A DNA stretch of 64,000 nucleotides. Source: a virus (Duplodnaviria > Caudoviricetes). The notes beneath the pieces were generated by a model. It was not told the origin of the DNA and did no database searches. It was given only the letters and a program-made list of their open reading frames with translations. The position numbers and the translations under genes were made by a program. Each line of letters opens with the position of its first letter. Position 1 is the first letter of the stretch. The DNA lies in the IMG/VR virus record IMGVR_UViG_3300033076_001048, positions 1 through 64,000 of that record; one strand, given 5' to 3'. This document shows, piece by piece, positions 55,628-64,000 of the stretch.

Positions 55628-56545
55628 TTAGTCAATAACAATTGCTCTTAGTCCGTTTGACCTAAGAGAATCTGTTTGTATGTAAATTAGTTTATTTTCA
55701 TTCCTCTTTAGAAAATTATCTAAAGTGTCTCTATAAGTCACCATTGTATAAAGTTTAGTACCAATACTTACTTGATTATCCATTGTATAATGAATCTCAG
55801 TTTTAGTTCTTACCACTTGATTTCCACACTGAGGACAAAACTTATAATTGTCTTTAACTTTGGTGCCACATCCACTACATTTTTTAATCAAATCTTTTGT
55901 GGTTATGTCTTTTGCACTGTATGGTAATATTTTCCACTCTTTTATCCAACTAACATTTGTGTTAAACATTTCGTAACTTGAATCAAAATGTTGGTCACTT
56001 TTATTACCTTTTTCAACTCTACCTGTTTCAATTTTTGCAACAGAGGTGCTTGTGTTTCCTATGATACTTGAATTTCCAAGACCATTTGAGGTTGTAATAG
56101 TTGAGTTTCCATTTACTATTCCGCTCCCATATAACAATGGCATAGAATTGAAATATGTATATCCACCAAGATGACCATAATTAGTGAATACCATTTTATT
56201 GAAGAACTCAACGGTAACTAATCCGTTATTCTCAATAGCCCTCTGATTAGTTTTACTATCAGAAACTTCGTAGGTTTCAAATAAAAACTTTCGGTCTTCG
56301 TCCAAGTATCTTTCCAAGAATACTCTTTGACCAGGTTTTATCACAATACCCGAATTTGAAATGCGACTGCCGTTCAAACTGATTTTTGCTAAAATACTGT
56401 CGTTGGTGGGATTATGGAGTTCAATCTCAAACTCCGTTCTGTCGTGTAGATACACATTTTTACCGTTCTGTTTTTGTCTTTGCTTTCTAACGGTAATGAA
56501 AGCGCTTGGTTCCGCAGAACCAAAATTGTAATTTTGTTGATACAT
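55628..56545 (-). CDS. Phage protein with a Zn ribbon
   Basis: CSGCG...CPQCG; start MYQQNY. Confidence 0.75.
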   Translation of the reverse strand: MYQQNYNFGSAEPSAFITVRKQRQKQNGKNVYLHDRTEFEIELHNPTNDSILAKISLNGSRISNSGIVIKPGQRVFLERYLDEDRKFLFETYEVSDSKTNQRAIENNGLVTVEFFNKMVFTNYGHLGGYTYFNSMPLLYGSGIVNGNSTITTSNGLGNSSIIGNTSTSVAKIETGRVEKGNKSDQHFDSSYEMFNTNVSWIKEWKILPYSAKDITTKDLIKKCSGCGTKVKDNYKFCPQCGNQVVRTKTEIHYTMDNQVSIGTKLYTMVTYRDTLDNFLKRNENKLIYIQTDSLRSNGLRAIVID

Positions 56546-56571
56546 TTTGTTTTTCCTTATTTTTGGTTTAT

Positions 56572-56635
56572 TTGAACTCCACTTCGTTGGGTGTTTATTC
56601 CAACTCAACCGACTCAATGTTCGGGTGGACCTCAA
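56572..56635 (-). promoter_or_regulatory. Candidate three-way-junction RNA in a 5' leader
   Basis: TCCAC/GTGGA encloses GTTGG/CCAAC and CCGA/TCGG hairpins. Confidence 0.4.
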
Positions 56636-56683
56636 TCACAAGGTTTGATAATAAGTATATTTGTTATTAATTATTAATCAATA

Positions 56684-56884
56684 TTATTCTGAATTTTCTT
56701 TTTTGTATCTTTTCCATTCAATCCAAAATCCAATAGCTACTATAATGTTCATACCCAAAGACATTAAAATTTCATGAATGTCTTGATACACATTCATTGT
56801 CAAATGAATATGTCCAACAACCCAAAATGGAATTGATAAGTTACTTGCAATCCATACCAATAGGTAAGTTATAAATTTACGCAT
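56684..56884 (-). CDS. Small 2-TM protein
   Basis: Hydrophobic segments. Confidence 0.65.
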   Translation of the reverse strand: MRKFITYLLVWIASNLSIPFWVVGHIHLTMNVYQDIHEILMSLGMNIIVAIGFWIEWKRYKKENSE

Positions 56885-57245
56885 AGTGTTTAACCAAGAT
56901 GTGTGCACTCTTATAATTAGTTGCAAGTGGTGTATCGTGAACATCACATAACCTTAATAACATTTGAACATCAGGTTCATGTGGATGTCTATCTAATGGG
57001 TCTCTAAAAAATATAACACCTTCAAGTTCTCCTTTTGCAACCATTGAACCAATTTCAGCATCTCCACCCATTGGTCCTGAGTTTACTGTTTGTACTTTTT
57101 CAACACCAGCGTGTTGTATTCTTTTACCTGTTGTTCCTGTTGCAACAATTTCAACATCAGGTCTATTAAAAAAATCTAATCGTTTCATCACAAAAGCAAC
57201 CATATCTGCTTTCTTTCCGTCGTGTGCTATTAATGCAAATTTCAT
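56877..57245 (-). CDS. mgsA: Methylglyoxal synthase
   Basis: ALIAHDGKK, ATGTTG, SGPMGGDAEI, FFRDPL..HPHEPDV..LLRLCDVH...ATN. Confidence 0.95.
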   Translation of the reverse strand: MKFALIAHDGKKADMVAFVMKRLDFFNRPDVEIVATGTTGKRIQHAGVEKVQTVNSGPMGGDAEIGSMVAKGELEGVIFFRDPLDRHPHEPDVQMLLRLCDVHDTPLATNYKSAHILVKHYA

Positions 57246-57307
57246 ACCCAAAATATAGTAATATTATTAAAATAAAAAACCCCCACCAAAGTGAGGGTTT
57301 GTTATGA

Positions 57308-58141
57308 TTAAGCTAATTCCATTTCTTCCTGTCTCATTAACTCATATGCTCTTGCCATACGTGTCATTCCGATTCCACCACCAAATCTTGGGAAGAATTC
57401 AAATGATAAGAATTGTTCCAATTCAGCTTCAACTCTTTCTTTACCAAATAGTTCAAACAACTTGGCACAATAACCACCATCTTCAATTGTATAGAACATC
57501 TCTCTCATTTTTTCAACATCACATGAACGTTCTGCCGAACCAATTGTTTCTTGTCCATAAAGAATAACATCAACCTTATTGAATATCTCACCGTCTTTAT
57601 GTTTCATATTCCAAAATGGATTTGTTCTTCTTGGGAAATGTTGTAATGAAACAACAGGACCTTTTTCGTTCCACATTCTTGATTCGTGTTCATCTTCTAA
57701 AATTGGAACTCCTCCGTATTCTTCACATACGTCATCATAATTAACCTGAACCATCTCATCACTAAATCCAAGATAAGCCAAAAGGTCACCTTCTAATTTA
57801 ATAAGTTCTTTCATTCCACCTTTAGATTCAAATTCAAACATTGGAAAAATTAATTCGTGACGACCTGGTATTGGGTTCTTTTCTTCTCTGTATGATGTTG
57901 AAATACAAAATACTCCTTCCCATTCAGGATTCATTAATAATTCATGTTCTAACCACATTTGTCCTGTTTGTGGTAATGGCCAAATCAATCCACCATATTC
58001 AAATGTTTTCACTGAATGTGGATTTTCACATGCTGCCAAAATTGATAATCTACTTTGTGTAGGAACTTCTTTGAAACCTCTTTGTAAGAAGAAACTTCTC
58101 ATCTTCTGTACTAACTCGTTGTAAATTTGTGTGTTTTTCAT
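57308..58141 (-). CDS. Truncated AsnRS/AspRS-like catalytic domain (asparagine-synthetase-like)
   Basis: LPQTGQMWLE, SYREE...RH..IF.MFEFE, ETIGSAER, GGGIGMTR; no anticodon-binding domain. Confidence 0.8.
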   Translation of the reverse strand: MKNTQIYNELVQKMRSFFLQRGFKEVPTQSRLSILAACENPHSVKTFEYGGLIWPLPQTGQMWLEHELLMNPEWEGVFCISTSYREEKNPIPGRHELIFPMFEFESKGGMKELIKLEGDLLAYLGFSDEMVQVNYDDVCEEYGGVPILEDEHESRMWNEKGPVVSLQHFPRRTNPFWNMKHKDGEIFNKVDVILYGQETIGSAERSCDVEKMREMFYTIEDGGYCAKLFELFGKERVEAELEQFLSFEFFPRFGGGIGMTRMARAYELMRQEEMELA

Positions 58142-58317
58142 ATATGTTTTTTTCTTTTTTTATTTTCGTATGGGCAAAAAAAATCCCTTCATTAGAGAAG
58201 GGATTTAATTAATAATATATAATATTTTTGTTTATTTCGATTCGGACTATATTCGTGATTTCGTAACATTGAAAATAAATATATCAAATCTTTTTAAAGT
58301 ATCAAGTTTTTAAAAAA

Positions 58318-60072
58318 TTATTTTATCACAATTACCTGATATGTAATACTACTGTTTCCGCCTTTGATATGGAAATAATAAGTACCACCACTCAAGTCAG
58401 ACAAATTTACATTAACAGAATTTTCACCTTTGATAACATTTGTCTGAGTCACATTTTTAACAATTCTTCCATTCAAATCAGTCAAATAAACATCAGCATT
58501 GAATGATTGTGTTGATGAGAAGTCAACAGTATATTGACCTTCAGTTGGGTTAGGGTAAGCATTCACCGATGTTACTTTTCCAACAGTCTTTACATGTAAT
58601 ACACCATATAAACCTAAAACACCATATTCAAAGTTTGATGGATATTCTGTTGTTGGTCTAAAATCAGGTTCATTAAAATTGTTTGTATTAACCAATATAC
58701 CTGGTACGAAAGTATTGGTATCAATAAAATTATTGTTTATCGAATTACGAACCCAACTATCTAATAGATTCACATTACCACCTGAACTAACCTCAACCAA
58801 ACCTGTATTGGTTGCTCCAACAGGTGCAGATGCTTTAACACCATAGATGTAGTTGTTTCTAAACAAATTATTTTTGTCGGAAATTGTTTTTGATTTAACA
58901 CCCGAGTTAACTAACACTGAATCACCATCAAACATCACAAAGTTTCTGTAACCCATAAAGATTGAGTTAACAATGCTTAAACGAGAGTTTCTACGAATTC
59001 TTACTCCACGTCTGAACGCACCCTTTTGTGTTGTTGTTAATTGAGACCAAGTCATACCTGCAGGTATTGGACCAACACAAGTAATGTTTGAGAATACTGC
59101 AGATGTTAATGGTAATCTACCTGAACCTGAAGCGTCATTGTCTGACTCAAATGTTTCTGAAGTTGATGCTCCTGATGGTGAGTTCCAAGATAAATCATAT
59201 AATTGCGAATCCTTAAATGCAATACCAAATTGAACCGCACCTGTATATCCAAAGTCGGTATCAAAATCATCATCAGTAGTTTTGAATGAAATTAGATGTT
59301 TACAGTTAACCGTACCACCGAACCACTCATACGAATCATCATTTGAGTATGAAACTTGAACATGGTCAACAGTAGTATTTCTTCCGACTGAAGCCAAAGT
59401 CAACCCATTGATTTCTTTGTTAGGTTCAAACGCCAAACCACAAAATTCAATTCTCGTGTACTTTATAACACCACTATTATCATCATCATTGATACCACCG
59501 TGTTTTGCTAATGTTGAGTTTGTTTTAATGTTATTAAATCCTTCAACTTGGATATCAGTACCTTGGTTATTTCTTGCATTACCACAAATAACAATTCCAC
59601 CCCAATCACCTCTACCTCTATATTGACTACCCTTTGCCGATGTAAACACAACAGGTCTAGCTGAAGTTCCTTCACATGAAATATAACCACCTCTTTCAAC
59701 TACGATTGTTGCATATTGTTTTGGTGTCATACTTAAATTAGCAATACCTCTGATTATAGTTCCAGCAGGGATAATCAATTTACCACCGTTTCTAACAACA
59801 ACAACGCTTCTTAATAAGTAAGTTATTTTTTCATCCAAAGTTACAGTTCCAGTAATCTCAATAATACCTGTTGGGCTATTGAAAGTTGTGGTGTCCCATC
59901 CATAATCAGCCGCCCAATACATGGTTTTAGGGTTCCAATTTGTCCATCCAATAGTCCAATCTTTTGATTTGTCTGCCGATAAGGCACCAACGTAATTTAC
60001 CTTCTCAAAAAATTGAGCATGTCCTGTAATACACAACAAGACCGATAATAATGTAATAATTATTTTTTTCAT
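58318..60072 (-). CDS. T9SS-sorted beta-helix-like surface protein
   Basis: Signal peptide; WGGIVICG, EINGLTL, DDSYEWFGG; AYPNPT...DLNGRIV...GTYYFHI CTD. Confidence 0.85.
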   Translation of the reverse strand: MKKIIITLLSVLLCITGHAQFFEKVNYVGALSADKSKDWTIGWTNWNPKTMYWAADYGWDTTTFNSPTGIIEITGTVTLDEKITYLLRSVVVVRNGGKLIIPAGTIIRGIANLSMTPKQYATIVVERGGYISCEGTSARPVVFTSAKGSQYRGRGDWGGIVICGNARNNQGTDIQVEGFNNIKTNSTLAKHGGINDDDNSGVIKYTRIEFCGLAFEPNKEINGLTLASVGRNTTVDHVQVSYSNDDSYEWFGGTVNCKHLISFKTTDDDFDTDFGYTGAVQFGIAFKDSQLYDLSWNSPSGASTSETFESDNDASGSGRLPLTSAVFSNITCVGPIPAGMTWSQLTTTQKGAFRRGVRIRRNSRLSIVNSIFMGYRNFVMFDGDSVLVNSGVKSKTISDKNNLFRNNYIYGVKASAPVGATNTGLVEVSSGGNVNLLDSWVRNSINNNFIDTNTFVPGILVNTNNFNEPDFRPTTEYPSNFEYGVLGLYGVLHVKTVGKVTSVNAYPNPTEGQYTVDFSSTQSFNADVYLTDLNGRIVKNVTQTNVIKGENSVNVNLSDLSGGTYYFHIKGGNSSITYQVIVIK

Positions 60073-60140
60073 ATTTTTTAATTTAACCAATAAGTAGTAA
60101 AAAAATATCAGATTAACACTAATATAATATTAACATTATG

Positions 60141-60638
60141 TTATGAATTATACCAATGTGGTATATCCCTCATTTTCCAAACCGCAAACCCTGATTTAGC
60201 ACCACAATAGTAGTTTCTATATGATTGAACAACGTCGTCAACTTTATATTCATCAGGCATTGCCTTAGCAGGTTCAGTAAATCCTTCATCAAGAATGTTG
60301 GGTTTATTTGTAATACACCATTCAATAACATCCTGAGATTTGTGACGTTTACCGTAACGGTGTGTATATTCATTACATAACTCCAAACCAAGTTCACACA
60401 AGTACAAATAGTTACTCAAACTTTCACGTGCCCAAATAGCACAAGGGTGATTTTTATGAGACAATTTGTATGGTATTTGGTCGTGACTTGGGGGGTCGAC
60501 TTGAGGGGTGACTTGGGGGGTCATGTGATGAACTCCACATAACAATTGTGCAGTTTCTAATATCATTTTTACCACGTGTTTATCCACGTGATACTGAGCA
60601 CATTTTTTAACATCCCAATCCAATATGAAAATATTCAT
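60141..60638 (-). CDS. Pyrimidine-dimer DNA glycosylase (DenV-like) family protein
   Basis: MNIF.LD...A..H.DKHVVKMILE.AQLL, H.NHPC, EY..RYGK.H. Confidence 0.75.
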   Translation of the reverse strand: MNIFILDWDVKKCAQYHVDKHVVKMILETAQLLCGVHHMTPQVTPQVDPPSHDQIPYKLSHKNHPCAIWARESLSNYLYLCELGLELCNEYTHRYGKRHKSQDVIEWCITNKPNILDEGFTEPAKAMPDEYKVDDVVQSYRNYYCGAKSGFAVWKMRDIPHWYNS

Positions 60639-60699
60639 AATACAAAGATACTACAAATTATTAAAAATAAAAAACCCCCAACTTTCGTTGAGGGTTAAA

Positions 60700-60880
60700 G
60701 TGTCTGTCCGTGTTGTTAAATTCATTAAAATGAGTTTTGACGTTAAAGATGTTTGAACCATTTGACGAGTTGAACTTCTGAATCTGTTGAATGCTAATCA
60801 GTGTCACTTATCTGAGTCTAGTAGAATGTATGGATGTAGGATAACCTACCGAATAAAACCCACTGACAACAAACACAATA
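60700..60880 (-). ncRNA. Candidate structured RNA with a periodic TCAR motif array
   Basis: GTGTTTG/CAGACAC closing stem, GTAGG/CCTAC hairpin, seven TCAR units mostly 8-9 nt apart. Confidence 0.4.
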
Positions 60881-60882
60881 TC

Positions 60883-61317
60883 TTAAATGTTGGTTACCGC
60901 ATTATGTGCGTCCAACTCAGATTGAATTTCATCAATCATTGATTCATATTGGTTAACCATTTGGTCTCTTTCAACTTCAGAAATTACTGTGGTCATATGA
61001 CGGGTTGTTGAATCACCATATCTTTCTTTAACAACAACACCTTCGGTGCAATTCAAACTTCTCAAATACTTAATGGCCGATTTGTATTCTGCCATTCTGA
61101 ATATTTTTTCATACACTGACACATTTGCCATATGAATTTTGGTTTTTAATTCCACCAATTCTTCAACGGCTGTCATTGCTTCACTCAAACTATCTTTAGG
61201 GTTATAACTTCTATGACCGCCCTGGTCCATAGAGTTGAACCTATTTGTTCTGTCCATCAAATCAACAATTTTTTTCGCCAATTTGTTCTTTTCTTTCAAT
61301 GCTTGTTTAATGTTCAT
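60883..61317 (-). CDS. Helical coiled-coil protein (DIP1984-like)
   Basis: M.I..ALK...LK..I..AN...E.D..N pattern. Confidence 0.65.
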   Translation of the reverse strand: MNIKQALKEKNKLAKKIVDLMDRTNRFNSMDQGGHRSYNPKDSLSEAMTAVEELVELKTKIHMANVSVYEKIFRMAEYKSAIKYLRSLNCTEGVVVKERYGDSTTRHMTTVISEVERDQMVNQYESMIDEIQSELDAHNAVTNI

Positions 61318-61330
61318 ATGTGAAATTATA

Positions 61331-61933
61331 TTAAATGTTTTCTGTTATGTCAAGTTCCTGAGTGTAATTTAATTCGATGACGGTTTTTTCCAACATTGAC
61401 TTAGCAATCTCGTAGTAATGCTGGTTAAAACCATCTTTATTACGTGGTGATGGTAATACATGTACAAAGTGATTTCTTTGATTGTATAACATGTCAGAGT
61501 CATCGTCAATGATAATATAGTTTTCAACACCAGACTTATCTATATACTCTTGTTGTATAACCTCATCCCAATTAATATGTTGGAATTGTAAATCGTTATT
61601 TAGGTAATATCCAATTTCCATTCCTCTTGGGATATGAAGTCCTTTGGTTCTTAAACTTGGAGTAATACCAATTATCTCACCTCTCATTTCTTCCATCTCC
61701 CAAACCTTTTTCATAAACTCAATTCCACTATGTCTCCACGTTGAACTAATTACAATCTTGGCACCTGTCTCATCAATTAATTTATTAAGGAGTTCTTTAC
61801 TGCGAACACAGAATCTTTGGTAGTGGTCTTTTCTACCATCCTCCCAAGTCCATTCCTGGTACTGACACTCACCATTACGGTAAGCACTTTCACAGTTTAG
61901 AACCCCATCAATATCTAAAAAAATAATTTTCAT
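61331..61933 (-). CDS. HAD phosphatase, RNA-repair (Swiss Army Knife) type
   Basis: IFLDIDGVLN, IVISSTWR, YIIIDDDSD. Confidence 0.85.
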   Translation of the reverse strand: MKIIFLDIDGVLNCESAYRNGECQYQEWTWEDGRKDHYQRFCVRSKELLNKLIDETGAKIVISSTWRHSGIEFMKKVWEMEEMRGEIIGITPSLRTKGLHIPRGMEIGYYLNNDLQFQHINWDEVIQQEYIDKSGVENYIIIDDDSDMLYNQRNHFVHVLPSPRNKDGFNQHYYEIAKSMLEKTVIELNYTQELDITENI

Positions 61934-61934
61934 T

Positions 61935-62135
61935 TTACCATTCCTCTACATTACTAAAATCTTTTTCTACTTTGGCAGCATGACTATAAACAATTAACCC
62001 TACACCAATTCCGTTTGGTGAGAATGTGTAATCATACGACCCATACTCACCAAAAACTTTTTTAATGGAATCCATCCACTCTTGGATTTCTTTCTGTTGT
62101 CTTTCTGTTAGTTCAAATTTAGTTATCATAATCAC
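61935..62135 (-). CDS. Hypothetical protein
   Basis: ORF track. Confidence 0.7.
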   Translation of the reverse strand: MIMITKFELTERQQKEIQEWMDSIKKVFGEYGSYDYTFSPNGIGVGLIVYSHAAKVEKDFSNVEEW

Positions 62136-62518
62136 TCTGCTTTACACTTATAATACCAAACGGTATCACTAAATTCAACAATAAAGAATATATAACCAGG
62201 CGCATCAGGTACTGGCATTACTAACAAATTACAAAATTGACCCTCACTGTTGGTACATCTGTAACTAATAGCTTCCTCAGTTTTTCTATTAACACCAACC
62301 AAATGATATTCTTGAGTTTCTTGAGAATAAACTATTGCCTTTGTTTCGGTTACTTTAATTAAAACATTAACATATTGAGTTTTACCCCAAGAAATCTCAG
62401 CACCCTGTTCTTGTCGAAACCCAAGTGTGACTGTACTAGCTCTTAAAAATAAATTGGATTGAGCATAAGAGCAAACACTAGTTAATACAAATAACAATAT
62501 ACTTAATAACTTTTTCAT
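62132..62518 (-). CDS. Secreted hypothetical protein
   Basis: Signal peptide MKKLLSILLF. Confidence 0.7.
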   Translation of the reverse strand: MKKLLSILLFVLTSVCSYAQSNLFLRASTVTLGFRQEQGAEISWGKTQYVNVLIKVTETKAIVYSQETQEYHLVGVNRKTEEAISYRCTNSEGQFCNLLVMPVPDAPGYIFFIVEFSDTVWYYKCKAE

Positions 62519-62522
62519 AGTT

Positions 62523-63557
62523 TTATTTTTCATTCAATAAAAATTTATTTGAAATTGCTTTGAATGATATTGTTCCGTCCATAGAACGAACAACGACACC
62601 TTCACGTTCAGTCTTGTCGTTCAAAGCAGATTTACCTTCAGCATATTTCAACATTTCTTCAACTGTGTCAGGTAATAGGAACCCGAAGTCTTGGTTTAAC
62701 ACTGGAACATATTTTAGACCCATGTCAGATAACATAACAACTAACTCAGGGAAAGGAATTCTCTGATATTTGTCAATATCAAACCCTGTAAAAAATCTTA
62801 CAGTGTGTCCTTTAATCCCATATGGGTTTCCTTGAATTCCTTCACCGATTAATTCACCTTGTAAAGAAATGTTTTTTCCTGTTGCTTTCATGTTCTCTTC
62901 TAAATTCAATTCACGAGCAACTTTCCAAAAAGTATTTCCTTCAGTTTCAACCAATTCTAAATTACGAGAACACACACCAAACTCACTATCTTTAATGTAG
63001 TAAGTTGCTGAAGAACCATCCAACTTCTCAGTTACATAAAATTGATGTTTAGATTGGAATTTCCATTCTTCATATTCTTTGGTTAAGTTTTGAACTCTTT
63101 CTTCATCAGTTTTTGGAATAAAAGATGGAAACAATCCTTTAACTTTACCTGAAAGTTCTGCAGGAATTGGTGGTTCGTATTTTACAATATCAAGCATTTC
63201 AGTAACATCCATACCTTCAGGTAATGTGTTTGCACTTGCAAATTGTGTAATTGGAAGAACACTAATAGGTAAGATAAGTCCTTGTGATACTTGTCCACGA
63301 AGTTTAATTGTTTTTAAACGAAAACCTTCTTGGTCACCCATTTTTTTGTATGAAGATTTACGTAAAAACTCAAACTCTTCTTTGATAGGTAAGAAAGAAT
63401 CAATCTCACAATATACAACTTTGTCACCTACCTTGTGTCCCACATTTTTTGCAACAACAACATTCCAACCACCAACGGTTGCAAGTTCAATCATATCCGC
63501 ACCATCAATAGGGCGAATGTCTGTAATTTGTCTAATAGACGCTAACTTTCTTTCCAT
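62523..63557 (-). CDS. ATP-dependent RNA ligase (DRB0094-like) with an N-terminal OB fold
   Basis: TEKLDGSS, GELIG, REGVV, FKAIS motifs. Confidence 0.9.
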   Translation of the reverse strand: MERKLASIRQITDIRPIDGADMIELATVGGWNVVVAKNVGHKVGDKVVYCEIDSFLPIKEEFEFLRKSSYKKMGDQEGFRLKTIKLRGQVSQGLILPISVLPITQFASANTLPEGMDVTEMLDIVKYEPPIPAELSGKVKGLFPSFIPKTDEERVQNLTKEYEEWKFQSKHQFYVTEKLDGSSATYYIKDSEFGVCSRNLELVETEGNTFWKVARELNLEENMKATGKNISLQGELIGEGIQGNPYGIKGHTVRFFTGFDIDKYQRIPFPELVVMLSDMGLKYVPVLNQDFGFLLPDTVEEMLKYAEGKSALNDKTEREGVVVRSMDGTISFKAISNKFLLNEK

Positions 63558-63712
63558 TATTGTTTGATTATTACGGTATCACCTTCGTTATGTTTAACTG
63601 TACTAAAATAAACACCAGTTTGGTCTGTTGTTATATTTTTAGCATCATACTTATATCCATTCTGTTCTTGTGAATTACAGCACAAAATTACTAATACAAT
63701 TATTGTTTTCAT
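63557..63712 (-). CDS. Small hypothetical protein (51 aa)
   Basis: Hand-translated; TATCTTTG at 63717-24; TAATG overlap. Confidence 0.55.
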   Translation of the reverse strand: MKTIIVLVILCCNSQEQNGYKYDAKNITTDQTGVYFSTVKHNEGDTVIIKQ

Positions 63713-63735
63713 ACGACAAAGATACAATAAAGATT

Positions 63736-63999
63736 TTAAATATCAAAAGGTGTTACACTGAAAATTACTTCACTTACAGATGGACATTTACTAAATATTT
63801 CAAATTCGATTGTTTGTCTAAAATCATCTAAACTTGTTGTTGTAATCAAATCATTGTTTAAATAATAGGAAAGTTTTCCCGCTTGTTCCAAAACATCAAG
63901 TTTATTAATAATAAGTTCAGTAACCCCATTAATATTACAAGCCATAACCAAGTCATTAATGTTTAACCAATCGACCTGTCTTTTTCTACCTGTGGTTGC
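63736..63999 (-). CDS. purA: Adenylosuccinate synthetase, C-terminal part (runs off window)
   Basis: ATTGRKRQVDWL...NGVTELIINKLDVL. Confidence 0.85.
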   Translation of the reverse strand, partial: ATTGRKRQVDWLNINDLVMACNINGVTELIINKLDVLEQAGKLSYYLNNDLITTTSLDDFRQTIEFEIFSKCPSVSEVIFSVTPFDI

Positions 64000-64000
64000 A

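Noticed and set aside
1897-63567. Numerous 60-175 aa shadow ORFs antisense or out-of-frame to longer genes (e.g. 5981, 6747, 8082, 17985, 29124-30742, 63226)
   Set aside because: Expected by-products of codon bias and repeats; no independent start signals.
1-64000. Stop-codon reassignment (alternative genetic code)
   Set aside because: Recognisable genes are intact in the standard code and no suppressor tRNA was seen.
1-64000. Diversity-generating retroelement or retron
   Set aside because: No reverse transcriptase, and no template/variable repeat pair differing only at adenines.
1-64000. Bacterial chromosome or integrated prophage
   Set aside because: No housekeeping operons, integrase or att site; orphan density and gene mix fit a large phage.

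Overview
AT-rich (~30% GC by eye), densely coding segment of a large lytic phage that most likely infects Bacteroidota; it is not a bacterial chromosome. Phage evidence: two tRNA clusters, a PG-binding/GH19 endolysin, HNH and GIY-YIG nucleases, and ~100 short orphan ORFs. Host evidence: Bacteroidota sigma-type TAnnTTTG promoters directly before many genes, no obvious Shine-Dalgarno, and two T9SS-sorted proteins. Genes split into two classes, one preceded by TAnnTTTG (host-type, inferred early) and one by TATTTAT(A) (inferred phage late). Highlights: (1) a gene built from ~26 36-nt repeats with mostly 30-nt unique spacers, in frame, resembling a type VI-B CRISPR array (28941-31088); (2) ~21 otherwise unrelated late proteins sharing N-terminal leaders ending in (I/L/M)xE, resembling T4 capsid-targeting/prohead-protease leaders; (3) a 7-gene envelope operon (cohesin/dockerin/T9SS CTD, CsgG-like, beta-barrel, GEVED); (4) non-canonical tRNAs and a ~200-nt structured RNA; (5) a non-coding origin-like region with DnaA boxes, plus two dispersed repeat families. 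Auxiliary genes: CCA-adding enzyme, RNA ligase, HAD phosphatase, DHFR, MgsA, truncated AsnRS-like synthetase, PurA (partial), FeoA. All domain calls come from motif recognition by eye; no searches were run.
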